Source of the DNA: an uncultured delta proteobacterium
GTDB lineage: Bacteria; Desulfobacterota; Syntrophia; Syntrophales; Smithellaceae
Assembly: GCA_963851005.1 (NCBI GenBank)
Contig: CAWKNI010000008.1
Coordinates: 449,824 to 513,823 of the forward strand
Direction: 5' to 3'
DNA length: 64,000 nt
Both the position numbers and the translations under genes were made by a program. The notes below the pieces were generated by a model that worked only from the letters and a program-made list of their open reading frames with translations, did no database searches and was not told the origin of the DNA. Position 1 is the first letter of the stretch, and every line of letters starts with the position of its first letter. Shown here piece by piece: positions 62,080 to 64,000 of the stretch.

Positions 62080-64000
62080 TTACGCTTCGCTTTCATGTTG
62101 TCCTGAATAGACCGTGCCGCTCCAACCGTCTATGCTGATGAAATCTCCTGCTTTGATTGAATGATTTTCTATTGTCGCGTATTCATCAACCTCGTAAACT
62201 CTGAGTTTACTGAAACCGACAACTCCGATTTTGTTGAGTTGCGGGATTGTTACCGCGGCATGCGAAGTGCTTCCGCCTTTGGCTGTCAGCAATCCTTCAA
62301 CTTGCAGCAGGACTCCGACGTCATCCGGAACAGTATCAGGTCGTATCAGAATGAGGGGCGTCTCCGGTTCCGCTTTGCGGAAACGTTTAATGTCCGCTTC
62401 TGAATAGACCGCTCTGCCGCAAAGAGCGCCGCCGCTCACCCCTATGCCTGTTCCCAGCATGGATGATTGTAATGTCTTGGTATCCTTAAAACGCCTCCAT
62501 TTTTTTGTCTTTATCGGATTCATATCCCGCGTTTGCAGTATATACAATTTATCGCTGGTTGGACCTTCAAAGGTAAATTCAATCTCTTGATGGTTGAAGC
62601 CTTTTTCATAAATTAGAACCTCGGAAATTCTTACCAATTCAGCGTAAATATCGGAAAATTTTGCTTCCAGGGATATTCCTGAATATCTGCATTCCGCTAT
62701 GCGCTGCCGCTCCGAAATAGGATAAGTTTCCACCAGACCGGAAACAATATCATCCCCCTGAACGCCAAAAATAAAATCTCCGTAAAGGGTTACATCGGAT
62801 GATGCGCTTTTTGGTTCGCGGGTAAAAATAACCCCTGACCCGGAGTGTTCATTAAGGTTTCCGAAGACCATCGCCTGTATAATTACGGCTGTTCCCCATT
62901 TATCGGAAAGATGCATCTGATGGCGATAGATTTCCGCCTGTTCCGAATACCACGAATCAAAGACCTGAAGGATGGCGTGCCGTAACTGTTCCACAGGTTT
63001 ATCTTTGAGCACAATGCCATTGTCCGTTATTCCTTTTTTATAGGTAAGCGCAATCTGTTTCATTTGTTCGGGAAGAAACTTTATTTTTCTTTCTACGTCA
63101 TGTTTTTGTTTGAATTCGTCGATTATTGCATCGAAATAATTACGATTCATCCCTTGGAACATTCCCCATGCCTGCAAAAACCGGCGATAGGAGTCCCATG
63201 CCGCCCACTGAAAATTTTCCTTTGTGCTGAGATCTTCCGCTATGGATTCGTTAATGCCCACATTTAAGAAAGATTTCATCATGCCGGGAAGAGAGACTGT
63301 AGCGCCGCTGCGAACTGATAAAAGCAATGGATTGCGGCGATCGCCGAATTTACGGTCGGTTATCTTCTCGAGCGCGGCTATCTCTCTATTTACCCGGACA
63401 GCTAAATCATTAAAGATATGCTTATAGCCATAGACCGCGTCATATCCTCTAAATACCTCGGTGGTGATGATAAATCCGGGAGGAACATTAAAACCAAAAG
63501 ATACCATCTCTTTGAGAAAATATCCCTTGTTCCCGAGGAATATTTGATTATCCAACCTTTTATTTTTTCTATAAAAGGATGCGACGGTCAACTCCGGATT
63601 GTAGGCCATGAGGACGTTGAGAATCTGTTTATTATCCTTAAATTTTTCCGATTCGGAGTTCATGGTCTTAATGACCGCATTGACAAAATTATCCAGCACC
63701 TGAAGGCCGAAGGCCGAAGATATCATCCCTCTGATAAAGTTTTCCGAATACTGTAAGACGGATTTTTCATATTTTTTCTGCTCAGATTTTTTATCAGCTT
63801 CAGCTTCTTGCTGGTAAACCTGTCCGATAATGACAGGCAGATTGAAGCTGTGAGCGTCAATATAATAATTATGAACAATATCCTGAATATCTTTGGAGAT
63901 AAAACGGAAGATGTCTATGTATTGGTCTATGGAAAACTGTTTGACCGGCAAGGCGTGTGTTACGTATTTTACTTTAGCCGATAGACCTTCAGTGGAAATG
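62080..64000 (-). CDS. Pyruvate phosphate dikinase-like protein, 3' part; gene starts beyond the window
   Basis: LG.KG, VPPGF.ITT, SVRSGA..S.PGMM, QAMVFGN, TSHAA phospho-His; frame open to window end. Confidence 0.8.
   Translation of the reverse strand, partial: ISTEGLSAKVKYVTHALPVKQFSIDQYIDIFRFISKDIQDIVHNYYIDAHSFNLPVIIGQVYQQEAEADKKSEQKKYEKSVLQYSENFIRGMISSAFGLQVLDNFVNAVIKTMNSESEKFKDNKQILNVLMAYNPELTVASFYRKNKRLDNQIFLGNKGYFLKEMVSFGFNVPPGFIITTEVFRGYDAVYGYKHIFNDLAVRVNREIAALEKITDRKFGDRRNPLLLSVRSGATVSLPGMMKSFLNVGINESIAEDLSTKENFQWAAWDSYRRFLQAWGMFQGMNRNYFDAIIDEFKQKHDVERKIKFLPEQMKQIALTYKKGITDNGIVLKDKPVEQLRHAILQVFDSWYSEQAEIYRHQMHLSDKWGTAVIIQAMVFGNLNEHSGSGVIFTREPKSASSDVTLYGDFIFGVQGDDIVSGLVETYPISERQRIAECRYSGISLEAKFSDIYAELVRISEVLIYEKGFNHQEIEFTFEGPTSDKLYILQTRDMNPIKTKKWRRFKDTKTLQSSMLGTGIGVSGGALCGRAVYSEADIKRFRKAEPETPLILIRPDTVPDDVGVLLQVEGLLTAKGGSTSHAAVTIPQLNKIGVVGFSKLRVYEVDEYATIENHSIKAGDFISIDGWSGTVYSGQHESEA

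Overview
64-kb bacterial chromosomal window, probably from an anaerobic Syntrophales/Smithella-like deltaproteobacterium (inferred from gene style). (1) 1826-39524 is a ~37.6-kb degraded genomic island integrated at the 3' end of tRNA-Arg(ACG), bounded by a 51-bp att direct repeat. It carries only a C-terminal tyrosine-integrase remnant. Mobile elements inside it are two near-identical inverted IS21 copies, an IS110/IS1111 element whose ends, circle-junction promoter and putative bridge RNA can be read from the sequence, and two group II introns. Cargo includes a defence-like left end (NYN/PIN RNase behind a structured leader RNA; an XRE-HTH/dynamin-like GTPase fusion), a tungsten aldehyde oxidoreductase operon and envelope genes (mscS, aqpZ, three OmpA-family genes, a pilin). 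(2) 39479-42803 is a core tRNA/serS/yggUT block. (3) 43080-58690 is a phosphate-starvation cluster (porin, psiE, phoB, pstS-arsC-pstCAB-phoU-phoR) with three Pho boxes of identical geometry. One box drives an uncharacterised operon (GS/GCL-fold ligase-like 817-aa protein, Psd-like decarboxylase, DksA paralog, divergent Lgt-like transferase, lipase-like hydrolase). This is the best candidate for an undescribed system, possibly phosphorus-sparing membrane-lipid remodelling. (4) The window ends with TraB/GumN, a divergent GAPDH flanked by inverted REP-like repeats and a partial PPDK-like gene. All assignments come from motif recognition by eye; no searches were run.
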